Assembly (NCBI RefSeq): GCF_006345805.1
Contig: NC_043004.1
Location: forward strand, 17,980,001 to 18,044,000
From: Octopus sinensis
Taxonomy: Eukaryota
Reading direction: 5' to 3'
Length of the DNA stretch: 64,000 nt
How positions within the stretch are numbered: the first letter of the stretch is position 1; every line of letters starts with the position of its first letter. The notes under the pieces are model-generated. The model ran no database searches. It saw only the letters and a program-made list of their open reading frames with translations, and was not told where the DNA came from. The position numbers were made by a program, and so were the translations under genes. This document shows positions 39,266 to 52,483 of the stretch, piece by piece.

Positions 39266-39726
39266 GTATAAAGTTCATTTGATAGCTGCAAAGCTCTATC
39301 TGTAGTATTTGTGGTATTTGTATAATTATTATTATCTTTTTTTTTTCTTCTGTTGTATATAGCCGTAAGGCCACGTGTTATATATGTATATTTCTTCGTT
39401 CGTTGTATTTATATAATATCTTGTTTGTTTCTGTCTTAGTATGCATTCGCTACCTTATTCCCAGTAGCTTAATAACCGCACTGGTGCCCCCAAGATTGAG
39501 TGGTCTCAATGATAATGGCGCGAAGCCACAATGATATTTTGGTTCATTGACTGACGAGGAAACTCAGCTGCGAATATTCCGTGTATTGTGTCTTTGTCTA
39601 TATACCCCGTCCGTTAAGTTTTCGTCTAGTTTCCCGTTTGCTCTGCTTTCGTCTAACTTTTTTTCTTTGCTGTGTTCTGTCTGTTCAACCCTATGTCTGT
39701 GTGTGTGTATATATATGTGTGTGTAT

Positions 39727-39760
<34 letters not shown>

Positions 39761-39956
39761 CTCAACAATACTAAAACTCTAGAAGATGTTTGTACATCAG
39801 AAATAGTGCAGTACGAATTTATTGTGGTACTTGGACTTCTATTTATTAATGAAAACAATTAAACACAATTTTTGTTTAACAGGTATCACATTAAAAAGCT
39901 AGCAAATTACAAAGTGTGTGTGTTGTTTATAATAAACTTTATTTCACATTTCTTGT

Positions 39957-40792
39957 CCTTACTTACTTGTACTTGTGACGGCATTCACCCATTGTGGGTT
40001 GAGCCGGCTTCTTCTCTGATCCTAACGGCATCACGAACCATGGCGGCCCACGCTCGATGGTCCTGTGCAAGATCACTGGAGATAGCGAGCCATTCGCAGT
40101 TCCATCAGCGCAGGCCGACCATCTGCGGACCTGAGAGTTCGGAGAGGTCCTCCTTTGTTGTCGTTGCCCAGGTCTTCAGCTGCCCACCCATCCGTTGGCG
40201 CCAGCTGGGAAGTGGAGGTGGGAGGAGGACATCGCGAATCAGCTCACCCTATGGACACCGGGTCGCATGACCGAACCACCTTAAGCGCCGTTGTAGAGGC
40301 ACCGAAGGGAGGGGCCGGAGATTCAGGCGATGACGAAGACCGGCTGTAGGAACCTGATCAATGTGTCGGCAGAGAAGAATACGGCGGACAGACATTGTCG
40401 AACACCTTCAGCCTTCGCTGATCGACTACCCTCATAGGCCATGTTTCACAACCATAGAGGAGGATTGTACGAACGACGGCCTGGTAGATTTGCCCTTTGG
40501 TCACCGATGAGATCTCTCTTCTGTCCCACAGGCACCGCTGGAGGCACACGAATGCGGATCTGGCAGCACCTATGCGACAATCGACCTCAGCTGCGCCCTG
40601 GCCCATTGGAACCACCGCTGAACCCAGGTAGACGAAGGATTCCACATCCTCCAGCTCCACGCCCTCGAGAACGATTGGCTGCCATTCATCTGCTGTGACC
40701 AGAGACGTCATCATTTTGGTTTTTTCCAGCATTGATCCGGAGACCAACAGCTGCCGCTGTAGCATGCACCCTTCCGAGAGCATCTTGGACAC
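39957..40792 (-). mobile_element. 5'-truncated RTE LINE flanked by ~240-bp direct duplication
   Basis: EDVESFVYLGS..RIGAARSAF..LWDRREIS..KGQIYQAVVRTILLYGCETW; (ACAAGT)-like 3' tail; flanks 39709-39956 and 40793-41025 are direct repeats. Confidence 0.85.
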
Positions 40793-41417
40793 ATATATAT
40801 GTGTGTGTGTATACACACACACATACATATCTCAACAATACTAAAACGCTAGAAGATGTTTGTACATCAGAAATAGTACAATACGAATTTTTTAAGGTAC
40901 TTGGATTCCTATTTATTAATGAAAACGATTAAACACAATTTTTGTTTAACAGGTATCACATTAAAAGCTAGTAAATTACAAAATGTGTGTATTGTTTATA
41001 ATAAACTTTATTTCACATTTCTTGTTCACAAGTGATTATGTCCCATCTTTAGCATACTGCTGTATGTTTTCTCAAATCACAATCTCAGGATAAGAATTAT
41101 CAACAAAAACAAAATTGATAAATAAGCACAGGTGTTGCACATTAAGCTTAATTACCAATAAACATCAGCTTGGATGACACTTTACTCCACCGAGTAAAAT
41201 ATGAAGTGATTACCAGCATGAACGTTAGACTTCAAAAAGTAGTTAACCATTTAATGGTTAACTACTTCAAAATGTGGTTAACCATTTTAGTACGTTTATA
41301 CAGAAAAAAGTAAGCATTATACTGCCCAATATAAATATAAGACAACTTCATTAGATTTAAGCCCTCATTTTTTCTGTAAATCTTATTCTGATATTGAATG
41401 AGTCAACTTTTCCTTGT

Positions 41418-41665
41418 TCAGTCATTTGATTGCGGCCATGCTGTAGCACCGCCTTTAGTCGAGCAAATCGACCCCAGAGCTTATTCTTTGTAAGCCTAGA
41501 ATTTTATCGGTCTCTTTGGCCGAATCGCTAAGTTACAGGGATGTAAACACACCAGCATCGGTTGTCAAGCGATGTTGGGGGTACAAACACGAACTGAAAC
41601 ATACACATACATATACGACAGGCTTCTTCCAGTTTCCGTCTACCAAATATACTCAGAAGGCTTGA
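41418..41665 (-). mobile_element. SINE-A, head truncated
   Basis: Homology to family A. Confidence 0.7.
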
Positions 41666-42050
41666 TGGTCTGGGCAAGTTATAATCCTCAAGTGTTTTAC
41701 CAAATCTATGAAGTTTTTTTTTGAAAACACGGAAGAGTTTGATCGTGGTGCCTCTCATTGATCATGGTATGAGGATCATTGGTAGTTGTACTCTTTAGGG
41801 AAGGAAAGGGAGGGAGGGGAAGAAGGAAGTAAGGAAGGAATAGAGAGTGAGAGAGAGAACAAAACAAACATGAAAACATCTCGTGTCAAGAAAGTCAGCG
41901 TTGAATCAGCTGCCCCAAATAGGCTGTCAAATTGTCTGAAAGCCTCTGTCACAAAGAATTTGTGTATCTCCGTGGTGCTAAAAGTGTGCCCAAAGACTTC
42001 ACACCCCAAACTTTGTGGTGTACTCATGGTATTACATATTTTTTTGTGCA

Positions 42051-42360
42051 GGCGCGTAGCTTAGTGGTTAGGGCATTCGGCTCACGATCTAAAGGTCGTG
42101 AGTTCGATTCCTGGGGATACGTTGTGTCCTTGAGCAGCCAGGCGCTTTATTTTTCCCGTTGCTCCAGTCCACTCAGCAAGCAAAAATGAGTTGAACCTGT
42201 ATTTCAAAGGGCCAGCCTTGTCACATTCTGTGTCACACTGAACATCCCCGAGGGTATGTGTGCCTGTAGAGTGCTCAGTCACCTGCATGCTAAATTTCCG
42301 AGCGGGCTGTTCCATCGATCGGATCGACTGGAACCCTCGTCGACGTAACCAATGGAGACC
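42051..42360 (+). mobile_element. tRNA-derived SINE family C
   Basis: GGCGCGTAGCTTAGTGGTTAG A-box, GAGTTCGATTCC B-box, GTGTCCTTGAGC..TGCTCCAGTCCACTCAGC central domain; related fragments at ~11490 and ~57290. Confidence 0.75.
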
Positions 42361-42939
42361 CAGTTAACATTTTTAGTCCTGATAGTTTGAATCTGATGTT
42401 TGCTATTTGATACTCGATCCTGGTTTCATTTATTTCTCAGTACTGTAGTTACCATCATCATGTATTCTCCCTCCCACCGCATCGCTTTTCATCATTTTAC
42501 CATTTTCACTATCCAATCTATTGGACACCAGCCATCGTCTCACTGATCTACCTTCCCCTCCACCACTCCTGGAAGTAATTTTCTAAAAGCAGAAACGGCA
42601 TTGCCACTTCAGTTATTCCATTTAGCATCTCACTCCACTTTTCTTTCCTTTTTCTACATTTCCTCTTTTCCTTTCTTCTTTCTTTTGCTGACTCATGGCT
42701 AATGCCAGTTTCTATTGTAATACCAGCAGGTGGTCAGTTAATCTTACGCTTCCGTGTATCTTCTGTATATCGTTCAACTACTTATATACTCCCGTCCATC
42801 TCCGGTGCAGAAGATTGTCTCTTTTTCTTATCCAGTTTATTCTGTCCAACGAATAGGTCTGACATCAAGAAAGCTACAGGAAACTACTCTGCAGTGTAAA
42901 AGTAAACTGAACTGACTCAATGAATTATATGTCAGTCTG

Positions 42940-42990
<51 letters not shown>

Positions 42991-43039
42991 ACACACACAA
43001 ACACACTATTTCTCTCTCTCTCTCTCTCTCTCTCCCTGT

Positions 43040-43064
<25 letters not shown>

Positions 43065-43070
<6 letters not shown>

Positions 43071-44310
43071 TTCTTTGCTGCCCACAAGGGGCTAAACATA
43101 GAGGGGACAAACAAGGACAGACAAACGGATTAAGTCGATTACATCGACCCCAGCGCGTAACTGGTACTTAATTTATCGACCCCGAAAGGATGAAAGGCAA
43201 AGTCGACCACGGCGGAATTTGAACTCAGAATGTAACGGCAGACGAAATACGGCTACGCATTTCGCCCGGCGTGCTAACGGTTCTGCCAACTCGCCGCCTT
43301 AACTCGCATACATATATGTATACGACGGGCTTCTTTTAGTTTTTGTCTATCAAAACCTATTTGGATGTAAATACAGAGTTTTGTTTTCATTTACAATACA
43401 TACATAAATATAAATGGGTGTGTGTATTTTCCCCTTTGTTTACAATTAACACGGAAAAATAAATAAACAGTTAACAGGACAGCAAAAAATGCTACAAGTA
43501 GTAAGGGCATAACACTCTGTTTGCAAAGGTAGAAACTCCGGGTTGAAACATATGTCGGAAGTAAAAGAATTTGAATAACACCTGCGTTTAACTCCATTTA
43601 TTTATACATACATAATACATATACACGTACATACATATACATACAAACTAAAGAACTATACTACCTATCCTGACATCTGCGAATTCAAATATGAAAATAA
43701 GTCCAACATGACTACACACTCTTCCATCTTTATAACTACCATTCCTTCCTCTTTTTCCATCACCTTCTACTTCTCCCCACCAAATACACTCAGAAATGTC
43801 CACATACCTCAATCAACCTTTTCATTGATCAAAATTGATAAACAACCCTCAGTTAAACATCCGTAAGTGCCATATCGCACGAACAGGATTTAGCCAATAT
43901 CCATGGACACTACGGTCTGTACGGTAATCATCACAGGAATACAGACTATGATCATAAGAATAATGTGATTTGTGGAAACGCGCGTAGCAATGCATTAAAA
44001 TATTTATAAATTCCATCCACTGGGGTCGATGCAATCGACTCAACCCCACCTACCCCAAGCTGCGCTTGTGACAAAAAGAAAATTGAAATTAGTATTATTA
44101 TTAAGGCGGCAAGCTGGCAGAATCATTAGCACACTGGACGAAACGCTTAGCGGTATTTCGCCCGTCGCTACGTTCTGAGTTCAAATTCTGCCGAGGTCGA
44201 CTTCAGTTTTTATCCTTTCGGGGTCGATATATTAAATACTAGTTGAGAACTGGGGTCGATGCTATCGACTTTCTCCCATCCCACAAAAGCCAAGCCTCGT
44301 GCCTATAGTA
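43065..44310. mobile_element. SINE-B copies (- ~43065-43298; + ~44104-44310)
   Basis: Head and module homology. Confidence 0.75.
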
Positions 44311-44328
44311 GAAAATTTATTATTATTA

Positions 44329-44391
<63 letters not shown>

Positions 44392-45459
44392 GTTGTTGTT
44401 GTTGTTGTTTTACTTCTCAGAACGTTCAGTCTTGTTTGTTCTGGTAGATTCTGTGAAAGCGGACAGCAGCCTGCTCTCAGAGGTCTCACATGGTTTATGC
44501 ACATTATATGCTTTGATACCTGGTTGTTAATTATCGTGGGAGACATTCAACATCCAAGTACCGATCTCAAAATCCTAGCTGTCCCAACAGAGCAGTTTTT
44601 TTTTTAGCTTACTCTGTTCTCATATCAATTCCGATTTCTTTGACATATTTCTCGAACTTAGTTGTTAGTGCTCCGAGTGCCCCTACAACTACTGGAATGG
44701 CAGACGCTCTCCTCATAGTCTACATTCTTTCAATTTCGTCTTTTAGTAGTCTGTACTTTTCAATCATTTCTAGTTCTTTGTCACTTATGCGTGCATCTCC
44801 AGGTATTGCAATATCTACGATCTTGGTTTCTTTTTTGCCTTTATCTACCACAACAATATCTGGTCTCCGAGCCTCGATTAGGGAATCACATTGCGTTGCA
44901 AAATCCCACAGTATCTTATGTTCCTTGTTCTCGGTGACTCCTCCTGGTTCATGTTCGTACCATTTCTGTGCTCTGTTCAGGCCGTACTTTTCACATAGTC
45001 TCCAATAGAAAAACTTAGCCACATTATCGTGCCTCCTTTTGTAGTGCTTTTGGGTCAGCTTGCTACACTCACTCATAATATGTGAGATTCTTTCGTTTCT
45101 GCTGCCACACATCCTACAAAGGGGCGATTTGCTACTCTTATCATTTGGAACTTGGTGTAATTAGTTCTCAGTGCTTGTCCCTGGGCGCTGCATATCAATG
45201 CCTCAGTGCATCCTCTCAGATTACTTTTTTACTCTTTTATTTGTTTCAGTCATTTGACTGTGGCCATGCTGGAGCACCGCCTTTAGTCGAGCAAATCGCT
45301 CCCAAGACTTATTCTTTGTAAGCCTAGTACTTATTCTATTGGTCTCTTTTGCCGATCCGCTGAGTTACGGGGACGTAAACACACCAGCATCGGTTGTCAA
45401 GCGATGTTGGGGCGACAAATACAGACACACAAATATATACACAATCATGCATACATATA

Positions 45460-45834
45460 TCTCTCTCTATATAAACGGCAGTTTGTCTGTGCGTGTTTCT
45501 GTGTGTCTGTTTGCTTGTACCCTCACCCTGACCACGGCTTTCAACCGATTCTGATGAAACTTGGCACACACATAGCCCAATGTCATAATTCAAAACTAAC
45601 GCAGCGAAAATTTTGTTCCCCCAGTTCTGAAAAAAATCGATAAATTCGACATGGGGTCGAGAATCAGAAACACAAACCGCAAACTGTCTAGGGGACGCAA
45701 CTCCACCTTTTTAACTAAAAAAAATTTACCATCATTTTTTTCCATTTTTTTGTTATTTTTTGGCTATAACTCTCTAAAAATGCTTTATAGTTATTTCCCT
45801 TACAAACCTGAGCAACGCCGGGCGATACTGCTAG
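45460..45834 (+). mobile_element. Non-autonomous Helitron-like element, family 1
   Basis: A|TC start, 3' hairpin (CCTGAGCAACGCCGGG) and CTAG|T; matches 1230-1600. Confidence 0.78.
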
Positions 45835-46169
45835 TTTATATATAAAAGTGAAGTTGTGTGTCTGTCTCCTACGATTTAGATTCCTAACTACTCCCACATT
45901 TTGCGGTGCAGTGTAACCAAAAGCGGGTATCTTATAGTCGTGATTCATATCGAGCCCTTCCGGGTATTAGCGCGCGTCTACGATGAGTCTACGATTTAAA
46001 AAAAAATTACCATCATGTTTTTCCATTTTAATGCATTTTTTTCGCTATTATATAAGGGAAGTAACTCTCTAAAAATGTCTACGATGAGTCAACGATTTAA
46101 AAAAAATTTACGATAATTTTTTTCCAATTTTAAAGCATTTTTTTGCTATTTTTTGGCTATAACTCTCTG

Positions 46170-46566
46170 AAAATGCTTACAATCTTCTTCTTGTTTCAGT
46201 CATTTGACTGCGGCCATGCTGGAGCACCGCCTTTAGTCGAGCAAATCGACCCCAGGACTTATTCTTTGTAAGCCCAGTACTTATTCTATCGGTCTCTTTT
46301 GCCGAACCGCTAAGTAACGGGGACGTAACCACACCAGCATCGGTTGTCAAGCAATGCTAGGGGGACAAACACACACATATACATATATACACATACATAT
46401 ATACGACAGGCTTCTTTCAATTTCCGTCTACCAAATCCACTCACAAGTCATTGGTCGGCCCGGGACTATAGTAGAAGACACTTGCCCAAGATTTCACGCA
46501 GTGGGACTGAACCTGGAACCATGTGGTTGGTTAGCAAGCTACTTACCACACAGCCACTCCTGCGCC
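46170..46566 (-). mobile_element. SINE family A, young subfamily
   Basis: Most diagnostic variants as in 19-436. Confidence 0.9.
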
Positions 46567-46728
46567 ATTATATATATATATTCTCTCCCAATTTCGCAGT
46601 GTGTGTATGTGCATAAATAAATGTATTTACGGTAATGTATCCCATTGCTTAGGTTATAATATTTCATTAATATATGTTTTGATGAACGTCAGATCTAATA
46701 ACAAGATTGCGTTACACCATTCAAGGCC

Positions 46729-49700
46729 TCAGAGATCAAAGAGGGGTGCCGACAGAGATGAAAGAGGGGTGCCGACAGAGATCAAAGAGGGGTACCGACA
46801 GAGATCGAAGGGGGTGCCGACAGAGATCAAAGAGGGTGCCGACAGAGATCAAAGGGGTGCCGGCAGAGATCAAAGAGGGGTGCCGACAGAGATCAAAGGA
46901 GGTCCCGACAGAAATCAAAGAGGGGTGCCGACAGAGATCAAAGGGGGGGCCGACAGAGATCAAAGAGGGGTGCCGACAGAGGTTAAAAAGGGTGCCGACA
47001 GAGATCAAAGTGGGTGCCGACAGAGATCAAAGAGGGGTGCTGACAAATATCAAAGGCGGTGCCGACAGAGATCAAAGAGGGGTGTCGACAGAGATCAAAG
47101 AGGGGTGCCGACAGAGATCAAATAGGGGTGCCGACAGAGATCAAAGAGGGGTGCCGACAGAGATCAAACAGGGGTGGCGACAGAGATCAAAGAGGGGTGC
47201 CGACAGAGATCAAAGAGAGGTGCCGACAGAGATCAAAGGGGATGCACAGAGATCAAAGGGGTGCTGACAGAGATCAAAGGGGGTGTCGACAGAGATCTAA
47301 GAGGGTGCCGACAGAGATCAAAGACGGGTGCCGACAGATATCAAAGGGGGTGTACAGAGATCAAAGGGGTGCCGACAGAGATCAAAGAGGGGTACCGACA
47401 GAGATCAAAGAGGGGTGCCGACAGAGATCAAAGAGGGTGCCGAAAGAGATCGAAGAGGGGTATGGACAGAGGTAAAAGAGGGTGCCGACAGAGATCAAAG
47501 AGGGGTACCGACAGAGATCAATGGGGGTGCCGACAGAAATCAAAGAGAGGTGCCGACAGAGATCAAAGAGGGGTGCCGACAGATATCAAAGAGGGTGCCG
47601 ACAGAGACCAAAGAGAGTGCCGACAGAGATCAAAGAGGGGTGCCGACAGAGATCAAAAAGGCTGGCGACAGAGATCAAAGGGGGTGCCGACAGAGAGCAA
47701 AGAGGGGTGCTGACAAAGATCAAAGGGGGTGCCGACAGAGATCAAAGAGGGGTGTCGACAGAGATCAAAGATGGGTGCCGACAGAGATCAAAGGGGGTGC
47801 CGACAGAGATCAAAGGGGGTGCCGACAGAGATCAAAAGGGTGCCGACAGAGATCAAAGAGGGATGCCGACAGAGATCAAAGAGGGTACCGACAGAGATCA
47901 AAGAGGGGTATCGACAGAGATAAAAGAGGGTGCCGACAGAGATCAAAGAGTGGTACCGACAGAGATCAATGGGGGTGCCGACAGAAATCAAAGAGAGGTG
48001 CCGACAGAGATCAAAGAGAGGTGCCGACAGAGATCAAAGTGGGTGCCGACAGAGATCAAAGAGGGTGCCGACAGAGATCAATTGGGGTGCCGACAGAGAT
48101 CAAAGGGGGTGCCGACAGAGACCAAAGAGGGTGCCGACAGAAATCAAAGAGAGGTGCCGACAGAGATCAAAGAGAGGTGCCGACAGAGATCAAAGTGGGT
48201 GCCGACAGAGACCAAAGAGGGTGCTGACACAGATCAAAGAGGGGCACCGACAGAGATAAAAGAGGGTGCCGACAAAGATCAGAGAGGGGTACCGACAGAG
48301 TTCAAAGGGGGTACCGACAGATATCAAATAGGGGTACCTACAGAGATAAAAGAGGGTGCCGACAGAGATCAAAGAGGGGTATCGACAGAGATCAAAAAGG
48401 GGTGCCGACAGAGATCAAAGAGGGATGCCGACAGAGATCAAAGAGGGTGCCGACAGAGATCAAAGAGGGTGCCGACAGAGATCAATTGGGGTGCCGACAG
48501 AGATCAAAGGGAGTGCCGACAGAGACCAAAGAGGGTGCCGACAGAGATCAAAGAGGGGTGCTGATAGAGATCAAAGGGGTGCCACCAGAGATCACAAAGG
48601 GTGCCGAAATATATAAAAGAGATCAAAGAGGGGTGCCAACAGAGATCAAAAAGGAGTGCCGACAGAGATCAAAGGGGGTGCCGACAGAGATCAAAGAGGG
48701 GTACCGACAGAGATCAAAGAGGGGTGCCGACAGAGATCAAAGAGGGATGCACAGAGATCAAAGGGAGTGCCGACAGAGATCAAAGGGGGTGCCGCCAGAG
48801 ATCAAAAAGGGTGCCGAAATATATAAAAGAGATCAAAGAGGGGTGCCGCCAGAGATCGAAGAGGGGTGCCGACAGAGATGAAAGGGGTGCCGACAGAGAT
48901 CAAAGAGGGGTGCCGACAGAGATCAAAGACGGGTGCCGACAGAGATCAAAGGGGGTGTACAGAGATCAAAGGGGGTGCCGACAGAGATCAAAGAGGGGTA
49001 CCGACAGAGATCAAAGAGGGGTGTCGACAGATATCAAAGAGGGATGCACAGAGATCAAAGGGAGTGCCGACAGAGATCAAAGGGGGTGCCGACAGAGATC
49101 AAAGAAGGGTGCCGAAAGAGATCAAACAGGGTTGCCGATAGAGATCAAAGAAGGGTGCCGACAGAGATCAATGGGGTGCCGACAGAGATGAATGGGTGTG
49201 CCAACAGAGATCAAAGAGGGGTGCCGACAGAGATCAAAGGGGATGTCGACATAGATCAAAGAGGGGTACCGACAGAGATCAAAGGGTGTGCCGACAAATA
49301 CCAAAGAGGGGTACCTACAGAGATGAAAGAGGGTGTCGACAGAGATTAATTGGGGTGCCGACAGAAATCAAAGAGAGGTGCCGACAGAGAGCAAAGGGGT
49401 GCCGACAGAGATCAAAGGGGGTGCCGACAGAGATCAAAGACGGGTGCCGACAGAGATCAAAGGGGGTGTACAGAGATCAAAAAGGGGGTGCCGACAGAGA
49501 TCAAAGAGGGGTACCGACAGAGATCAAAGAGGGGTGTCGACAGAGATCAAAGGGGGTGTCGACAGAGATCAAAGAGGGATGCCAGAGATCAAAGGGGGTG
49601 TCGACAGAGATCAAAGAGGGGTACCGACAGAGATCAAAGAGGGGTGCCGACAGAGATCAAAGAGGGATGCACAGAGATCAAAGGGGGTGCCGACAGAGAT

Positions 49701-52385
49701 CAAAGGGGGTGCCGACAGAGATCAAAGAGGGGTGCCGAAAGAGATCAAAGAGGGGTGCCGATAGAGATCAAAGAGGGTGCCGACAAGGATCAAAGAGGGT
49801 GCCGACAGAGATCAATGGGGTGCCGACAGAGATCAAAGGGGGTGCCGACAGAGATCAAAGAGGGGTGTCGACAGAGATCAAAGGGGTGCCGACAGAGATC
49901 AAAGAGGGGTGCCGACAGAGATCAAAGAGGGGTGCCGACAGAGATCAAAGAGGGATGCACAGAGATCAAAGGGAGTGCCGACAGAGATCAAAGGGGGTGC
50001 CGCCAGAGATCAAAAAGGATGCCGAAAGATATAAAAGAGATCAAAGAGGGGTGCCGACAGAGATCAAAGAGGGGTGCCGACAGAGATTAAAGAGGGGTGC
50101 CGACAGAGATCAAAGAGATGCACAGAGATCAAAGGGAGTGCCGACAGAGATCAAAGGGGGTGTCGACAGAGATCAAAGAGGGGTGCCGAAAGAGCTCAAA
50201 GAGAGGTGCCGATAGAGATCAAAGAAGGGTGCCGACAAGGATCAAAGTGGGTGCCGACAGAGATCAATGGGGTGCCGGCAGAGATGAAAGGGGGTGCCAA
50301 CAGAGATCAAAGAGGGGTGCCGACAGAGATCAAAGGGGGTGTCGACAGAGATCAAAGAGGGGTACCGACAGAGATCACAGGGTGTGCCGACAGATACCAA
50401 AGAGGGGTACCTACAGAGATAAAAGAGGGTGCCGACAGAGATCAAAGAGGGGTATCGACAAAGATCAAAGAGGGGTGCCGACAGAGATCAAAGAGGGTGC
50501 AGACAGAGATCAAAGAGGGGTGCCGACAGAGATCAAAGGGGCTGCCGACAGAGATCAAAGAGGGATACCGACAGAGATCAAAGGGTGTGCCGACAGATAC
50601 CAAAGAGGGGTACCTACAGAGATAAAAGAGGGTGCCGACAGAGATCAAAGAGGGGTGCCGACAGAGATCAAAGAGGGTGCCGACAGAGATCAAAAAGGGT
50701 GCCGAAAGATATAAAAGAGATCAATGGGGTGCCGACAGAGATAAAAGAGGGGTGCCGACAGAGATCAAGAGGGGTACCGACAGAGATCAAAGAGGGTGCC
50801 GACAGAGATCAAAGAGGGTGCAGACAGAGATCAAAGAGGGGTGCCGACAGAGATCAAAGGGGCTGCCGACAGAGATCAAAGAGGGATACCGACAGAGATC
50901 AAAGGGTGTGCCGACAGATACCAAAGAGGGGTACCTACAGAGATAAAAGAGGGTGCCGACAGAGATCAAAGAGGGGTGCCGACAGAGATCAAAGAGGGTG
51001 CCGACAGAGATCAAAGAGGGTGCCGACAGAGATCAAAGAGGGTGCCGAGAGAGATCAATGGGGGTGCCGACAGAAATCAAAGAGGGTGCCGACAGAGATC
51101 AAAAAGGGTGCCGAAAGATATAAAAGAGATCAATGGGGTGCCGACAGAGATCAAAGAAGGGTGCCGACAGAGATCAAAGAGGGGTGTCGACAGAGATCAA
51201 AGGGGTGCCGACAGAGATCAAAGAGGGGTGCCGACAGAGATCAAAGACGGGTGCCGACAGAGATCAAAGGGGGTGTACAGAGATCAAAGGGGGTGCCGAC
51301 AGAGATCAAAGAGGGGTACCGACAGAGATCAAAGAGGGGTGTCGACAGAGATCAAAGAGGGATGCACAGAGATCAAAGGGGGTGTCGACAGAGATTAAAG
51401 AGGGGTGCCGACAGAGATCAAAGAGGGTGCCGACAGAGATCAAAGAGGGTGCCGAGAGAGATCAATGGGGGTGCCGACAGAAATCAAAGAGGGTGCCGAC
51501 AGAGATCAAAAAGGGTGCCGAAAGATATAAAAGAGATCAATGGGGTGCCGACAGAGATCAAAGAAGGGTGCCGACAGAGATCAAAGAGGGGTGTCGACAG
51601 AGATCAAAGGGGTGCCGACAGAGATCAAAGAGGGGTGCCGACAGAGATCAAAGACGGGTGCCGACAGAGATCAAAGGGGGTGTACATAGATCAAAGGGGG
51701 TGCCGACAGAGATCAAAGAGGGGTACCGACAGAGATCAAAGAGGGGTGTCGACAGAGATCAAAGAGGGATGCACAGAGATCAAAGGGGGTGTCGACAGAG
51801 ATTAAAGAGGGGTACCGACAGAGATCAAAGAGGGGTGTCGACAGAGATCAAAGAGGGATGCACAGAGATCAAAGGGGGTGCCGACAGAGATCAAAGGGGG
51901 TGCCGACATAGATCAAAGAGGGGTGCCGAAAGAGATCAAAGAGGGGTGCCGATATAGATCAAAGAAGGGTGCCGACAAGGATCAAAGAGGGTGCCGACAG
52001 AGATCAATGGGGTGCCGACAGAGATCAAAGGGGGGTGCCGACAGAGATCAAAGAGGGGTGCCGACAGAGATCAAAGGGGGTTCCGACAGAGATCAAAGAG
52101 GGGTGCCGACAGAGATCAAAGAGGTGTGCCGAGAGAGACCAAAGGGTTGCCGAAAGATATCAAAGAGGAGTGCCGACAGAGATCAAAAGAGGTACCGACA
52201 GAGATCAAAGGGGATGCCGACATAGATCGAAGAGGGGTGCCGACAGAGATCAAAGAGGGGTGCCGACAGAGATCAAAGGGGTGCCGACAGGGATCAAAGA
52301 GGGGTGTCGACAGATATCAAAGGGGATGTCGACAGAGATCAAAGAGTGTGCCGAAAAAGATCAAAGAGGGTGCCGAAAGAGATCT
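46729..52385 (+). repeat. 5.65-kb minisatellite, 20-23-bp unit (GACAGAGATCAAAGAGGGGTGCC), roughly 250 units
   Basis: Directly visible; purine-rich + strand; variant units recur in blocks. Confidence 0.97.
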
Positions 52386-52423
52386 TCCCTTACAAACCCG
52401 AGCAACGCCGGGCGATACTGCTA

Positions 52424-52483
<60 letters not shown>

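Larger units (their letters stand above)
45836..52424 (+). mobile_element. Helitron-like family 2 element: 5' part 45836-46160 and 3' end 52386-52424, separated by a 6.2-kb insertion
   Basis: Left part stops at AAAATGCTTAC; right part resumes TCCCTTACAAACCCGAGCAACGCCGGGCGATACTGCTAG; only ~10 bp of the consensus 3' end is missing. Confidence 0.6.

Noticed and set aside
39545-39600. Hammerhead-like CTGACGAGG..GCGAATA
   Set aside because: Stem II does not pair, GAAA is altered and stems I/III could not be built.
42051-42125. tRNA gene
   Set aside because: Has A/B boxes but no complete cloverleaf or acceptor stem, and continues into a SINE body; the same applies to the other SINE heads.
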